DNA of 64,000 nucleotides from a virus. The notes below the pieces were generated by a model, which worked only from the letters and a program-made list of their open reading frames with translations, was not told the origin of the DNA and did not search any database. Each line of letters opens with the position of its first letter. Position 1 is the first letter of the stretch. Below are positions 1-10,749 of this stretch, in pieces. The position numbers and the translations under genes are program-made. Location of the stretch: UHGV virus genome UHGV-0286546. The stretch is one strand, 5' to 3'.

Positions 1-2627
1 TATTTTAAAGTACGGAATCCACGATAAATTACAGCTATACCATTTTCTTGTACGTCTTCGGCTGCAAAGTTTAAGGTAATAGTCTTTGTCGCACTATCAT
101 ATGTATATTGATTTGGATATTGGAATACACCATTTACATACAAGTCAAATGCAACATCGTCCGTTAACACTAATTGCTGTCCTACTGTATTATTAGCTGT
201 AAAGAATTGTGGTGCAGGAATAACCATAGCCCCCATTTCTTGATTTAATCTTGCAATTTTAGCATATAAATCATCTACGGTATTTTGTAATGAACTACTA
301 ACATCTAAATAGCTCAGTTGTGTTTGTAAACGTGGTACAATTTGAATAGCACCAGTAGAAGAGTTTAAATCCAGTGAAATACCATCAGGAACTTGGAACT
401 TATCTGGTGAAATATCAAAAGATCCTGTAGTAGCATTCCAAGTAGCGTTACCTGGTCCATCATAGTATGTTTTACCCAGATTTAAGACGTATACATAAAC
501 ACCATTCTGTAATACTAATTCTTCATATTTCCAAGCACCGGCTGTATATGTCGCAATTACAGGAGAGTTTGTAACACTATACTTAGCTACTAACGCTGTT
601 AAACCTTCACGCGGTTCAATTTCGTATTCAGCATAAGCTCCATTTCCAGGTAATTCATTTTCAGTAGGTACCATAATATCAACTTGACCGTGATAGTGAC
701 CTGGAATATGTACTGCATCAATTTGTTCTTTTACGTAATCTACAACTGCTTTATTTGTTGGGAATTTAACTGTGTTATCAGGATATAAAGAAATGTTCTG
801 ATTTTTATTTTTAGTGTATTCATAAGTGTTATTAAATACTCTTTCCCATTTACTATTATCGAATGTATTACCTGATGTATGAGCTTCTTTACACCAATAA
901 ACATCACCATTATATAAGACTTTAGAATGATATGGAGATACAATGTAAGCGGTATTTGCTTTCCAATCCGGTATACCTCCGAGTCGTTCAATATACTGTT
1001 CTGTTTCTTTTACTAAGTCCCATACTAAACCGTTTGTTGCAATGGTAAAATACTGATCTTCTGCAATTTTATTATTAGAAACATGTTGAATTGCTTCTTT
1101 TGATCTAATTCTCCATTTGCTGTCTTGTTCTGCATTTATATCAGTATCAGACATTCTTGTGAGGTTAGTTAAATCAGTTTTTGCTAATCCGGCTGTAGGT
1201 AAACCACTTTTAACAGCATATTCACAACCAATCTTTACAGAAGCAGAAGTCATACCTAAGATAAACAAGTTAGTTTCTAATTCAACTTCACCATATTGAG
1301 GTACACATTCAAATTCTGTTATCTGACCTGCTTCGTTTGTACCCGTAATTTTAACCAATAACAATTTCTGCATTGGAATACGAACAGTCGGATAATACTT
1401 ATCAACTGGTTCGTCTACCACATCATTATCTACTAAAGTTGTACAAGTATAGTGATATAAATTATCAGCCTCTAAGAAAGCATTAATCCTAATAACAAAT
1501 CTCTTACCACCAGCAATAATATCAATTTCTTTACCGTCTAAGTTTTCTTTACCAAACGGAATTACTGGTTCAAAAACTGTATCATCTGTACTTTCATCCG
1601 AATCTGTTGCAAATCGAACAGCAAAATCATAAAATTCACCGGTTAAATCTATTCCGGTATAGTAATATTGTCCAATTTCAAAAACATGTGAGCCTGAAAC
1701 AGCTTCGCCTGGAACATACTTAAATAATTTTTCAGAAGTTTTATACAGTAATTCGTAAGATGAAGAGTTCGAGTAATCTGTTTTTAAATATTGTCTTGCT
1801 GTCAATTCTTCATCCACATATTTAATTACTGCTTGAGAATTTGGATATTGTTCTGCAGAGCTAGCATTTGGATCTAATGGAATATACGTTACTTTATTTG
1901 TTGTTCTTTCAAGGTTTAATTCATTTTCAGGATTAAATAAGTTACCTTGCCAAACGTCTTTAGTTATATTAGAAAACGTATTAGTTGCTAAAACAGGACC
2001 GCTCATTGTTGCTGGTCTGTCTTCAATTTCTAATGTCAAGTTTGTAGTATTAACATTTGAAGCATTTGCATAAGCTAAAGGCCAATCACCAACTTCTTTT
2101 CCATAGTGAAGTGCTGGATCAACCAAATCTGCTGTATTTACATTAGAAGTATCAGCATAAGCAAGATTACCGTTTTCACCTCTTCCACGACCAGTTGTCA
2201 ACGTGCTTGTTATAACATTAGACATATCTTTCAATGCTAATTTACTTACTTCTTCTGCTAATTGGTCAGTATTAACAATTCCGTAATTGCCAAGTGTAGT
2301 TACAATATCATTTATAGCTTCTGCATCTTCAGTTTTTTCAATGTTAGATAAATCTGCATAAGCTAAGTTTTTATCATCAATTAAACCACGATTTTCTGCG
2401 AGAGCTTTTGTAGTAATATTTCTAGTATCTGCACGACAAAGAGGAATACCACCTTTAGTAATACCATTGTGAACACGTAAAGTAACGTTTCCGTCTACGC
2501 CCAATGTACCAGCTTCTTCATATCCTAAATCTGCAGTAACCTCAGCTAATACGCCAGTAAAATTCATATTAGAAACAGTATCACCTTTACGAATTGCTAC
2601 TGCGGTAGTGGTAATATAACTAGCCAT
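1..2627 (-). CDS. Tail fibre protein, partial (C-terminal part runs past window start); contains three copies of an NLAYAD(L/T/A)SN(I/V) motif
   Basis: Reverse-complement frame opens with ATG at 2625-2627 (MASYITTTAVAIRKGDTV...). Spot-checks at ~1-60, ~1200 and ~2000 show no stops in that frame. Missing from the ORF track only because no stop lies inside the window. The repeated LAYADLSNI / LAYADTSNV / LAYANASNV motifs resemble phage tail-fibre repeats. Position is distal to the baseplate genes. Confidence 0.7.
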   Translation of the reverse strand, partial: MASYITTTAVAIRKGDTVSNMNFTGVLAEVTADLGYEEAGTLGVDGNVTLRVHNGITKGGIPLCRADTRNITTKALAENRGLIDDKNLAYADLSNIEKTEDAEAINDIVTTLGNYGIVNTDQLAEEVSKLALKDMSNVITSTLTTGRGRGENGNLAYADTSNVNTADLVDPALHYGKEVGDWPLAYANASNVNTTNLTLEIEDRPATMSGPVLATNTFSNITKDVWQGNLFNPENELNLERTTNKVTYIPLDPNASSAEQYPNSQAVIKYVDEELTARQYLKTDYSNSSSYELLYKTSEKLFKYVPGEAVSGSHVFEIGQYYYTGIDLTGEFYDFAVRFATDSDESTDDTVFEPVIPFGKENLDGKEIDIIAGGKRFVIRINAFLEADNLYHYTCTTLVDNDVVDEPVDKYYPTVRIPMQKLLLVKITGTNEAGQITEFECVPQYGEVELETNLFILGMTSASVKIGCEYAVKSGLPTAGLAKTDLTNLTRMSDTDINAEQDSKWRIRSKEAIQHVSNNKIAEDQYFTIATNGLVWDLVKETEQYIERLGGIPDWKANTAYIVSPYHSKVLYNGDVYWCKEAHTSGNTFDNSKWERVFNNTYEYTKNKNQNISLYPDNTVKFPTNKAVVDYVKEQIDAVHIPGHYHGQVDIMVPTENELPGNGAYAEYEIEPREGLTALVAKYSVTNSPVIATYTAGAWKYEELVLQNGVYVYVLNLGKTYYDGPGNATWNATTGSFDISPDKFQVPDGISLDLNSSTGAIQIVPRLQTQLSYLDVSSSLQNTVDDLYAKIARLNQEMGAMVIPAPQFFTANNTVGQQLVLTDDVAFDLYVNGVFQYPNQYTYDSATKTITLNFAAEDVQENGIAVIYRGFRTLK

Positions 2628-2697
2628 ATTAAAGTAAATTCCTATTTTTGATTTTTTATAATTTTCACTTAATGTTTAGAACTTAATAAATGTAAAT

Positions 2698-4983
2698 TTA
2701 GAAGTCTATTCTTACGGAACATTCAACAAGTTTCTTAGTACCTGGATTTTTATCAATGACTTTACCTAAACATCTTCCATATTCTACTGTAGATGCATGT
2801 CCTTTTTTAATTCTTGACAAGTAAATTTTATCACCGAACTTAGGCATGCAGTTTCCATCCATTAATACAGGAACACGTCCAACCAAAGCAACAGGTAAAT
2901 GTAAATCTGTTTTTCTTTCACCTAACTGATATCCAGGTTTCGTAGAGATAACTCCATTACAATCATCGATAGCGATTGAAATTTCAGCACTACCTTTACC
3001 AACTGTAATTAATGTACCGGGCTCATAGAATTTATCAGCTTCGTAGTATTCTCCCAAGTCAGCCCACCAAGCTCTAAAAGATGTACCATAGAAAGATATA
3101 CCTGAGTCAGTGATATATGGGTTAGCTGTCGTACTATCAAACGGAGCTTTTGTACCTTTACCTAATACAATTTTATCAAAACGTACATAAGATTCTACAT
3201 TGATCGGATTACCTAATCTACTACCTGTTTGATTTGGGTTTGTAGGGATTGTTGTTTGTAAATAATTATCTTTAAGTACTTTAGGAGTAACAGCAGACTG
3301 ATCAGCGGAATTTGCATTAGTTAATACTTCTTTTACTTCAAAATCGGTTGCATATCTAGTTGTGCCGAAAACAGCTGTACTCGCTTCGTTTCTTAAATCT
3401 AATGCCAATCGAATTGAGTTAGTACTTGTACACCATCCTAAAAATGAATCAGTTTTAGTTAAAGTAGGTTTACCAGCATTTTCATCTTTATCACAATACA
3501 GAGGTTTATTTAACCATTCTGCAGGAAAATTCCATTGAAAAGCAGGTTGTTCTACAGCAGTAATAATAAATCTAGCACCAGAACCATATCTAGGCAATTG
3601 TGAACGAGGATCGTAAACTGCAGGTAAAACTAATGGATTTGCTTCTAACTTAATATTACCTACACTTGGACCTACAAAAGCAAAACTCGTAATACCACCA
3701 ATTTCATTTACACCGGTAATTTTTACTTTAAGATTTAATCCTTCTGCTGCCAAAATCAACAATTCATCGTATAATTCATAATCAGCACCAACAGCAGCAA
3801 GCTCAACAGAATATTGAATAGGTACACTCTTATTTACAATTTCACCTGAATAAACAATACTGTTACCTACACGTAAACCAATTGGCATTTTCTCATTTGG
3901 AGCAGCCGGATCATTAAAATATCTACCTTGTGCCAATTCATATTTGAGGCTTGTAGTATTCCAATAAACAAACGTATAATTATTTACATCACTTGCAAAC
4001 TGCTCTGTACGTACATTAACGAAATTATCTGCAGGTTGGAAATATGCCCAGTCAGGATCATTTGGATTTTCAGATGTGAGCGTTCTAGGAACAGCCAACG
4101 CAGGAATACCAGAACCATATAAGCTATCTACTACATAACAGTTATATGGACGCATCTTAGGATCATTTGGATAAATCAACATAGATTCGTTCGGTACTTC
4201 TGGAATACTCGATACTGCTTCATTAATAACATCCAGATTTGAAACAACACCTAAGTTACTTAAAATTGCATTAAAGTATAATCTAATTGCATTACCAACA
4301 CGAGATACTGAAGTTGCATATTTAGTAATCGTATTAGGTAACGTAGCAACACCAAACAATACGTCTGAAGTATTATTAGTCGGATCTTTTACATATAAAC
4401 CGATTGCACCAATATTCCATTGTTCTTTACCGTCATCGGCAATAGCACCTAAGCCTTCAGGAGGTAAACTAATAATATATTGTAAACCACCAGAAGCAGT
4501 ATTGAAACGCCATTTTAAAATCTGATTGATATATGGATTACCATCTGCATCAACTGTCCATTTAGCGCCTTTTGTACCTACTGAAAATACAACTTCACCT
4601 GCCTGTAAGAAATCATTATCTGTCCAGTTTACAACAGGTGTAGAAGGGTCAGTAATTGTATGATTAATGATTTTAATACCAGTGAAATATAATTTAATAC
4701 CACCTCTTGTTACATCAGTCAATGCAGCAAGACCAGCAGTTGTAATGACTAAGCTGTAATTAGGATCAGGATCGATAGTTTTCCAGTTTACACCGTTATA
4801 TTGTTCGAGTTCCCATCCATTTGAGTCACTACCTATTGCACAGAATAAACCTGGTTTTAAGCGAGCCACGTTCATTACAAAGAAATTATCTCTACTTACT
4901 GGTTCACCATCACCAGTTCTTCTCGAGAAAAATAAATCTGCTGAAATGTCATATTGTACAAGTTGTGCGCGTGTTACTAACAT
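2698..4983 (-). CDS. Large virion protein, probably tail fibre or baseplate-associated (761 aa)
   Basis: Long ORF co-oriented between the baseplate wedge genes and the tail fibre, abutting its neighbours by 14 bp. Sequence is Gly/Asn/Thr-rich and looks beta-rich. No enzymatic motif recognised. Function inferred from gene order only. Confidence 0.45.
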   Translation of the reverse strand: MLVTRAQLVQYDISADLFFSRRTGDGEPVSRDNFFVMNVARLKPGLFCAIGSDSNGWELEQYNGVNWKTIDPDPNYSLVITTAGLAALTDVTRGGIKLYFTGIKIINHTITDPSTPVVNWTDNDFLQAGEVVFSVGTKGAKWTVDADGNPYINQILKWRFNTASGGLQYIISLPPEGLGAIADDGKEQWNIGAIGLYVKDPTNNTSDVLFGVATLPNTITKYATSVSRVGNAIRLYFNAILSNLGVVSNLDVINEAVSSIPEVPNESMLIYPNDPKMRPYNCYVVDSLYGSGIPALAVPRTLTSENPNDPDWAYFQPADNFVNVRTEQFASDVNNYTFVYWNTTSLKYELAQGRYFNDPAAPNEKMPIGLRVGNSIVYSGEIVNKSVPIQYSVELAAVGADYELYDELLILAAEGLNLKVKITGVNEIGGITSFAFVGPSVGNIKLEANPLVLPAVYDPRSQLPRYGSGARFIITAVEQPAFQWNFPAEWLNKPLYCDKDENAGKPTLTKTDSFLGWCTSTNSIRLALDLRNEASTAVFGTTRYATDFEVKEVLTNANSADQSAVTPKVLKDNYLQTTIPTNPNQTGSRLGNPINVESYVRFDKIVLGKGTKAPFDSTTANPYITDSGISFYGTSFRAWWADLGEYYEADKFYEPGTLITVGKGSAEISIAIDDCNGVISTKPGYQLGERKTDLHLPVALVGRVPVLMDGNCMPKFGDKIYLSRIKKGHASTVEYGRCLGKVIDKNPGTKKLVECSVRIDF

Positions 4984-4997
4984 ATTTTATAAAATCC

Positions 4998-7040
4998 TTA
5001 ATTCGGAATAGGAACAAATGGTTTAATTGTTGGATTGTTTGTAAATGTATAATCAATATCGTGATAAATAGGAGCGGTCATAATACCAAATGTAGGTTTC
5101 TGATTTTCGTCCCATTGTTTATCGTCACCAAAGACATACACATCAATAATATTATGTATATATAGAACTGTAGAGGCAATATTATAAAATGTTGTTCTAA
5201 ACTCTGTCATAAAAGTATCGTAATCAATTTCTGGCGGAATTTCAACTGCAACATTTACATGGTTTGTAGGATACCAATTTGATGGTCTATCCCATTCGAA
5301 CCATTCTATCCATTTACCTTTAATATCTTCCCAAACATAACCATAATCATAAAAATCTTTTGGTTTATCATCATTTACGGAACCATAATCAACTGTTGGT
5401 TTATTTGGGCCAGCTACAGGTTTAACAATATATTTATTAGTACGAGTAGGTTGCATTAAAAGCTCAGATTCGCCCTTATCATTTATAATCATGACAGGTC
5501 TATATTCTTTAAATGTAGGTACTAAATAAGTTTGTTCTCCTACTGTTACTGTACCTCTAGGCATATCTTCTAAAACACCTTCAGATCTTGGCATATTTGT
5601 AAGTGAATCTTCTTGATTAGCAAGCGTACCCACATCACCATAATCTTCATGAGGAAATACATATTCTCTATGATATTTTGCACCTAATTCTTCTGCAGTC
5701 CTAAATGTTACATATCGCTGTATCGGATCTTTACCTGAAGAAATGTCTCTAATAGGAGTAAATAATTGTTCAATATCAAGTATTCGTGAGTTTTTAGAAG
5801 ATACATTATAAAATCTATATGAATTTTCAGTACCAACTATCTTATAAAAGTTTGTTAATTCTTCAAGTAATGCATGTTTTTCTTCAAGGGTCATATTTTT
5901 AATGTTTACGCGTATACCCATGAATTCTATTAAATTATTTATCTGACTGCTATCTACTTTATTGATACTTCTAATATTTCTTAATCTTTGAATACTATCG
6001 TATGTTTCATTTAATAACAATTTTTGAAAAGTACCAAGTAATTCAGGAAACAATTTACCTTTTAAATCAAATTCAGATACATACTTAAGAATAGACTTTG
6101 TTTCTGGTACTTGTAAATAGTATTCGTTATTTTCAAAGGTTCCTTCTCTAGAAAACGGTACAACTTCAAGACATTTTACTGAATAAGTCTCAAAGTTATC
6201 ATCAATAATCATTAAGCAACCGTCCGTACCTTCTTCTCTAATGAAAAATCCTGGACGAACATCATCAATACTTAATCTTACGATATGTTGATTTACTTTT
6301 GCTATTACATCGTATAATAAAGGTACACTTTCACCATACTTATCTTTAGGACCATAGGAGAAATAACCAGGCTCTTCATCGAACAAGCAGTTTACAGTAT
6401 CATTAGGCAATCTATAATAATCAATTTTATCGACGCCCGGTCTATAATCTACGTTTATTGTTAATTTTTGGTTATTGTAAGTAAATTTATCATGAGTAAT
6501 CAATTGACCATTCTTAAAAAACATATATCTCTTGATTGTAAAATCATTTAGAGAAAATGTTCTAGTAGTCTGATTCCAAGTATCTACATTTTCAACATCA
6601 CCAAAATAAGCTAATTTCTGAATAACTGCAATTACAACTTTACTAGTCAATACATTTGCATATTTAGTTATAATAGTAAGACTTGTATCGTCGTTAATTG
6701 TATATTCATTAGGTGTCAGTTTATATCCATTAACAAATACTAAAATGTTATTATTCAGTAAGCCTTGTAAATCTCCGCCGTTTTTATCTCGACCTGAAAT
6801 TTTAACATTACCTTGCGTTAAATTTACAGAATATTCATAAGAAGTTGAATTACTTTCATATTGAAATAAGTTTAAGTTATTAACGACTTCTTCTTTAATA
6901 TTAACATACCCATCGACAACAGAATACATAGATTTAGGTACAACCAAACCGTTATTAAACAATAAAGTTGTCATACCTACTTTTGTAATTGATAACTGAT
7001 CTTTTATATATATCTTATTTATTTTATTTGGTTCAGTCAT
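4998..7040 (-). CDS. Putative baseplate wedge protein (gpI/gp7-position), 680 aa
   Basis: Position immediately downstream of the J-like gene in the W-J-I order typical of contractile-tail baseplates. No motif-level support. Confidence 0.4.
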   Translation of the reverse strand: MTEPNKINKIYIKDQLSITKVGMTTLLFNNGLVVPKSMYSVVDGYVNIKEEVVNNLNLFQYESNSTSYEYSVNLTQGNVKISGRDKNGGDLQGLLNNNILVFVNGYKLTPNEYTINDDTSLTIITKYANVLTSKVVIAVIQKLAYFGDVENVDTWNQTTRTFSLNDFTIKRYMFFKNGQLITHDKFTYNNQKLTINVDYRPGVDKIDYYRLPNDTVNCLFDEEPGYFSYGPKDKYGESVPLLYDVIAKVNQHIVRLSIDDVRPGFFIREEGTDGCLMIIDDNFETYSVKCLEVVPFSREGTFENNEYYLQVPETKSILKYVSEFDLKGKLFPELLGTFQKLLLNETYDSIQRLRNIRSINKVDSSQINNLIEFMGIRVNIKNMTLEEKHALLEELTNFYKIVGTENSYRFYNVSSKNSRILDIEQLFTPIRDISSGKDPIQRYVTFRTAEELGAKYHREYVFPHEDYGDVGTLANQEDSLTNMPRSEGVLEDMPRGTVTVGEQTYLVPTFKEYRPVMIINDKGESELLMQPTRTNKYIVKPVAGPNKPTVDYGSVNDDKPKDFYDYGYVWEDIKGKWIEWFEWDRPSNWYPTNHVNVAVEIPPEIDYDTFMTEFRTTFYNIASTVLYIHNIIDVYVFGDDKQWDENQKPTFGIMTAPIYHDIDYTFTNNPTIKPFVPIPN

Positions 7041-7048
7041 TTCACATA

Positions 7049-10000
7049 CTATTTAAAGTTTTGGATTACTTCTATTACTTCTATATTTGATAAGATAAGT
7101 AAACCGTTTTTATTAACATCAATATTATCTAAAGGTGACAATACTCTACACCATGTCACATTTGGAGTTTTCATTACAGCAGTATAAATATCAGATAATT
7201 TCAAAGATTTACCAATATAATCAGGTGTAACCTCAAACAATTTGCTAATATTATTCTTAATGTTTTGTAAAATAATACCACTTGTCAACGTTGCTGTTTG
7301 AGATAATTCTGCTTCTACTTTAATTCTAACTTGAGTAATTTCTGGTTGTTTAAATTCCAAGAAAGTAGTAAAGTGATTATACTGATTAAGAATAGGCTGG
7401 TCTAAGTTATTAATACTTCTTGTATCGATTCTGTTACCTGTGAAACTAGCTTGGACTTGTAAGTTATTATAAGAAGTAATTTCAATCGTACCACCTACAC
7501 CAGCTTCTTGTCCATTACCAGAACTCAGTGTAGAAGTAATATTAACTACAAAACCAGAACCGGTAGAACCTTCTTGTGGAACAGTCAAGGTAGTTGCAAA
7601 TTCACCATTATAAGGAGTACCATAACTAATATTCTTTAACCAAACAGCATTTAAAACAGCGCCTGAATTATCAACGGTAGAAACACGTAATTGTAAATCT
7701 CCATTTGTTCCGTTTACTGTTACAATGTCATTCGGTCTATATCCTGTACCACCTTTACCTAATTCAACACGTCCTTGATCTAAATTTAGCTTCGCTGTAT
7801 ATACTAAGGTTTTATCTAAGGAAGCTGGAGTATCCATAGAAATAAATTCAGTACCGGCTAATGTTGTATTTCCATCTATTCTAACTGTATAAACAGCATT
7901 ATCGATATTTACAATTTCAACAGTAAATGGAATTGAAACTTTATCGTTTTTGAAGATGTATGCTAAAAGGTTTCCATCTCTATATCCATTTGCAGAGGTT
8001 AATCCGTTTAAAGCAACATTATAACCATACATCGGAAAAGAAGCAGTATTTAAAAGATCGTGAGTCAAGTAACCTTCTGCATTACCTCCTGGACCCGGAT
8101 CACCTGCTTTTGGGAATCTAACCTCAAAATAACCATTCTGATCGTAGTATAAAACAGATGCATCTTCTTCATATAACATTTTCATTTTACTAAATGTAAT
8201 GAATGGATCGCCAACTGTATTATCAGTATCTACAGAATAAAATTCAATTACGTAGTGCTTATATCTATTATAAATAGGACGTCCAGAAGAATCATATTTA
8301 CCCTGGAAACATGCAGTAGGAATCCAATCAGTCCAATTATCGTTTTCATTATTATACGGATTGTTCAAAAACGTTCTGTCAATTAATCTATCCCAGTTTT
8401 CACTATTACGAATGTTATTCAAACTAGGCATTGGATCCATATTAGTACCAAACATAGCAATAGTACCAATAAATGTACCATGCTCTAAACTAGTTGCTTG
8501 GAATTTAATACCTGCAATAGCTTTTTCTTCTGAGAAAGTTGTTATAATTTGTACAGGTTGTAATAAGCTAGGCTCCCAAACACTTTGATAATATAAATCT
8601 GGACTTTGATCAGATCTAGCATTAATCAGTGGATTATTCTGAACAGGAGCAGGTATAATTCCTCTATCGTCATTTGTATAAATTAATGTGGAACTAGGAG
8701 TACTTTCAATCTTTAAATTAACTTGTAAACCTGTACCATTTCCTGGAACACTTGGATAAATGGTTGTAAACGGATTTGGATGTTTTTGTACCCAGTTATC
8801 GGTAACTTTATATGTAATTAAACCGACTTTAGTAACACCACCACTGCTATTAATTGCTTCAACACGTACTTTTAATTCATTGTTTGTATTTTGGATAAGT
8901 AATTCTTCATTAATTTTATAATTTGCACCACTACTAGCAATCGCAATATCAGCAAGAGAAGCTGTATATTCGGTTGTCATCGTATTTTTCCAATCTGGTA
9001 ATAAGCTATCTCTTGGATCTTTGGTGTTATCATTAATAAAGAGTTGTCCTTTTGCTCCTGTATCTTGAACCAAAATAGTATTTTCAGAATTACTCATATT
9101 CTCAATCTTAAAAGAGAAAGAACCCCAAAAACCTCGAACAGAGTTAAGCATACCAGCAAATACAGTTTTGTCACTAATTGAGCCGACAATAAAATATGGA
9201 TAAGTTTGGAATGATTTAATACCAGTATAATAAACCATATTCATCATCAAAGAATCATATGCACCTACTTTATTGGCTTCTTCATATTCACCCCAAACAG
9301 CAGCAGTCAAATATCCGCATTTATTCTGTAAGAGTGCTTCATAATCTTGTCTACGTACAGCACGATGACCAGAAGCAAATACCATAGGAGAAGTATACCG
9401 TAATGTTTCAACTGATTGTTTAGAAAATCCACCGTAAGCAGTCGTGGTAGTATTAACAGTAACATCTAAAGTTTCTACATTACCTAAACTATTCATATAA
9501 GTTAAAACAGTAAGTAATGAACCTTGTTTTCCAGTTTCCGAAATATTACCTTCTTCACCTTCGTTGGAAACATATGTAATTTGAATATTACTTCCAGACA
9601 TAGGCATATTACCAAGCTGATTATTACCAACTTTAATATACGACCTACCGTCTGGATCTGTTTTCAGTACACATACATTCATCTGACTTGGATCATAAAC
9701 TGCACTTTTATCATATGCCAAGAAAGATTCGTCAACAATCCATTCTTCACCATTTACTTTAACAGATACGTAATTATGATTACATTTAAAATCTGAAGAA
9801 AAGTAGAATTTTTCGTTTTCAATACCATTAGAGGTTTTATTTACTTCTACAATTTCACCTTGTACTAATATAACTTCGGTTACAGTTTCAACGTTTGCCG
9901 GACATATAATAGCAGAAGGGTTAAAAAATTTCTTACCGTCAATCAAAAATTGTGTATTGGCTGGAATAGTAATAGTCATACCAACAAAGTTATTTTTTGT

Positions 10001-10288
10001 AATATTGGCTTGACATTGTGATGAAACGTTACCGTGTAAAGTATTACCAAGAGTATTAGCTAATTGATAAACACCAGCTTCTGAAAATGCACTATCCGTA
10101 TAACAGTTTGCAAGAGCTGTACATAAACAATATTGAAGCATTGCACCGTATGCTGAAAATACGTTAACCAGTGCTTCAGAAGTATCGGATGGGTACATTG
10201 CTCTAAAGGTTTCACTTTCTGTACTCCACTGTTGTGTAATTGCAGTAGCTAAAGATTCAACATCATAAATAATATTATCGAGTTTCAT
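7049..10288 (-). CDS. Putative baseplate wedge protein, J/gp6-like, unusually large (1079 aa)
   Basis: Directly follows the gp25/GPW-like gene with a 7-bp gap. Most conserved baseplate modules place the J/gp6 family protein here. Assignment is by synteny. The size suggests extra domains. Confidence 0.45.
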   Translation of the reverse strand: MKLDNIIYDVESLATAITQQWSTESETFRAMYPSDTSEALVNVFSAYGAMLQYCLCTALANCYTDSAFSEAGVYQLANTLGNTLHGNVSSQCQANITKNNFVGMTITIPANTQFLIDGKKFFNPSAIICPANVETVTEVILVQGEIVEVNKTSNGIENEKFYFSSDFKCNHNYVSVKVNGEEWIVDESFLAYDKSAVYDPSQMNVCVLKTDPDGRSYIKVGNNQLGNMPMSGSNIQITYVSNEGEEGNISETGKQGSLLTVLTYMNSLGNVETLDVTVNTTTTAYGGFSKQSVETLRYTSPMVFASGHRAVRRQDYEALLQNKCGYLTAAVWGEYEEANKVGAYDSLMMNMVYYTGIKSFQTYPYFIVGSISDKTVFAGMLNSVRGFWGSFSFKIENMSNSENTILVQDTGAKGQLFINDNTKDPRDSLLPDWKNTMTTEYTASLADIAIASSGANYKINEELLIQNTNNELKVRVEAINSSGGVTKVGLITYKVTDNWVQKHPNPFTTIYPSVPGNGTGLQVNLKIESTPSSTLIYTNDDRGIIPAPVQNNPLINARSDQSPDLYYQSVWEPSLLQPVQIITTFSEEKAIAGIKFQATSLEHGTFIGTIAMFGTNMDPMPSLNNIRNSENWDRLIDRTFLNNPYNNENDNWTDWIPTACFQGKYDSSGRPIYNRYKHYVIEFYSVDTDNTVGDPFITFSKMKMLYEEDASVLYYDQNGYFEVRFPKAGDPGPGGNAEGYLTHDLLNTASFPMYGYNVALNGLTSANGYRDGNLLAYIFKNDKVSIPFTVEIVNIDNAVYTVRIDGNTTLAGTEFISMDTPASLDKTLVYTAKLNLDQGRVELGKGGTGYRPNDIVTVNGTNGDLQLRVSTVDNSGAVLNAVWLKNISYGTPYNGEFATTLTVPQEGSTGSGFVVNITSTLSSGNGQEAGVGGTIEITSYNNLQVQASFTGNRIDTRSINNLDQPILNQYNHFTTFLEFKQPEITQVRIKVEAELSQTATLTSGIILQNIKNNISKLFEVTPDYIGKSLKLSDIYTAVMKTPNVTWCRVLSPLDNIDVNKNGLLILSNIEVIEVIQNFK

Positions 10289-10295
10289 ATTTTAC

Positions 10296-10667
10296 TTACT
10301 CACTTGTAATAGTAGCATTTACTGTACCCTCTGTTTCTCCTAATGCTGGAACAGTAAAAGTACAACTTACAATATATTGATTACCTTTTTTTTCGATTGC
10401 GATATTTGCCGGATTTAAACTTACTCTAGGCTCAAATCTACTAATATCCATGTATAAAAACATTTCAACATCAGAGGGATCGACGTTGTTTTCAAATAAT
10501 AAAGTTTTTAAAGAAGTACCGTACTCTCTATTAAATGGAACATCGCCTTTTCCTGTACTAAAAAGACGCTCTAAACTTTTTTTGATATTTGCAAGATCTG
10601 TTAAAACCGCAACGTTATTTTTCGGGCTGGTCCTAAAAGATACATTTAAATCACTAAACTTTGCCAT
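10296..10667 (-). CDS. Baseplate wedge protein, gp25/GPW family (lysozyme-like fold)
   Basis: 123 aa. Length, position (after the spike gene, before the J-like gene) and residue pattern (...LERLFSTGKGDVPFNREYG...LLFEN...) resemble T4 gp25 / P2 gpW. Confidence 0.65.
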   Translation of the reverse strand: MAKFSDLNVSFRTSPKNNVAVLTDLANIKKSLERLFSTGKGDVPFNREYGTSLKTLLFENNVDPSDVEMFLYMDISRFEPRVSLNPANIAIEKKGNQYIVSCTFTVPALGETEGTVNATITSE

Positions 10668-10749
10668 GTATAAAATATTTGAATGGAGAATGTATATTTT
10701 ACTTTTTAATTAGAACTTATTTAGTGATATATTGTTAAGAAATAATAAA

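Noticed and set aside
3928-4122. Small ORFs on the opposite strand, or nested inside long genes (e.g. 3928-4122, 4821-5165, 8361-8588, 9524-9796, 15992-16435, 20305-20562, 22027-22230, 24105-24296, 34019-34201, 55625-55963)
   Set aside because: They are entirely embedded in much longer, well-supported ORFs. Their translations are low-complexity and they lack RBS-like sequences. These are typical AT-rich-genome frame artefacts.
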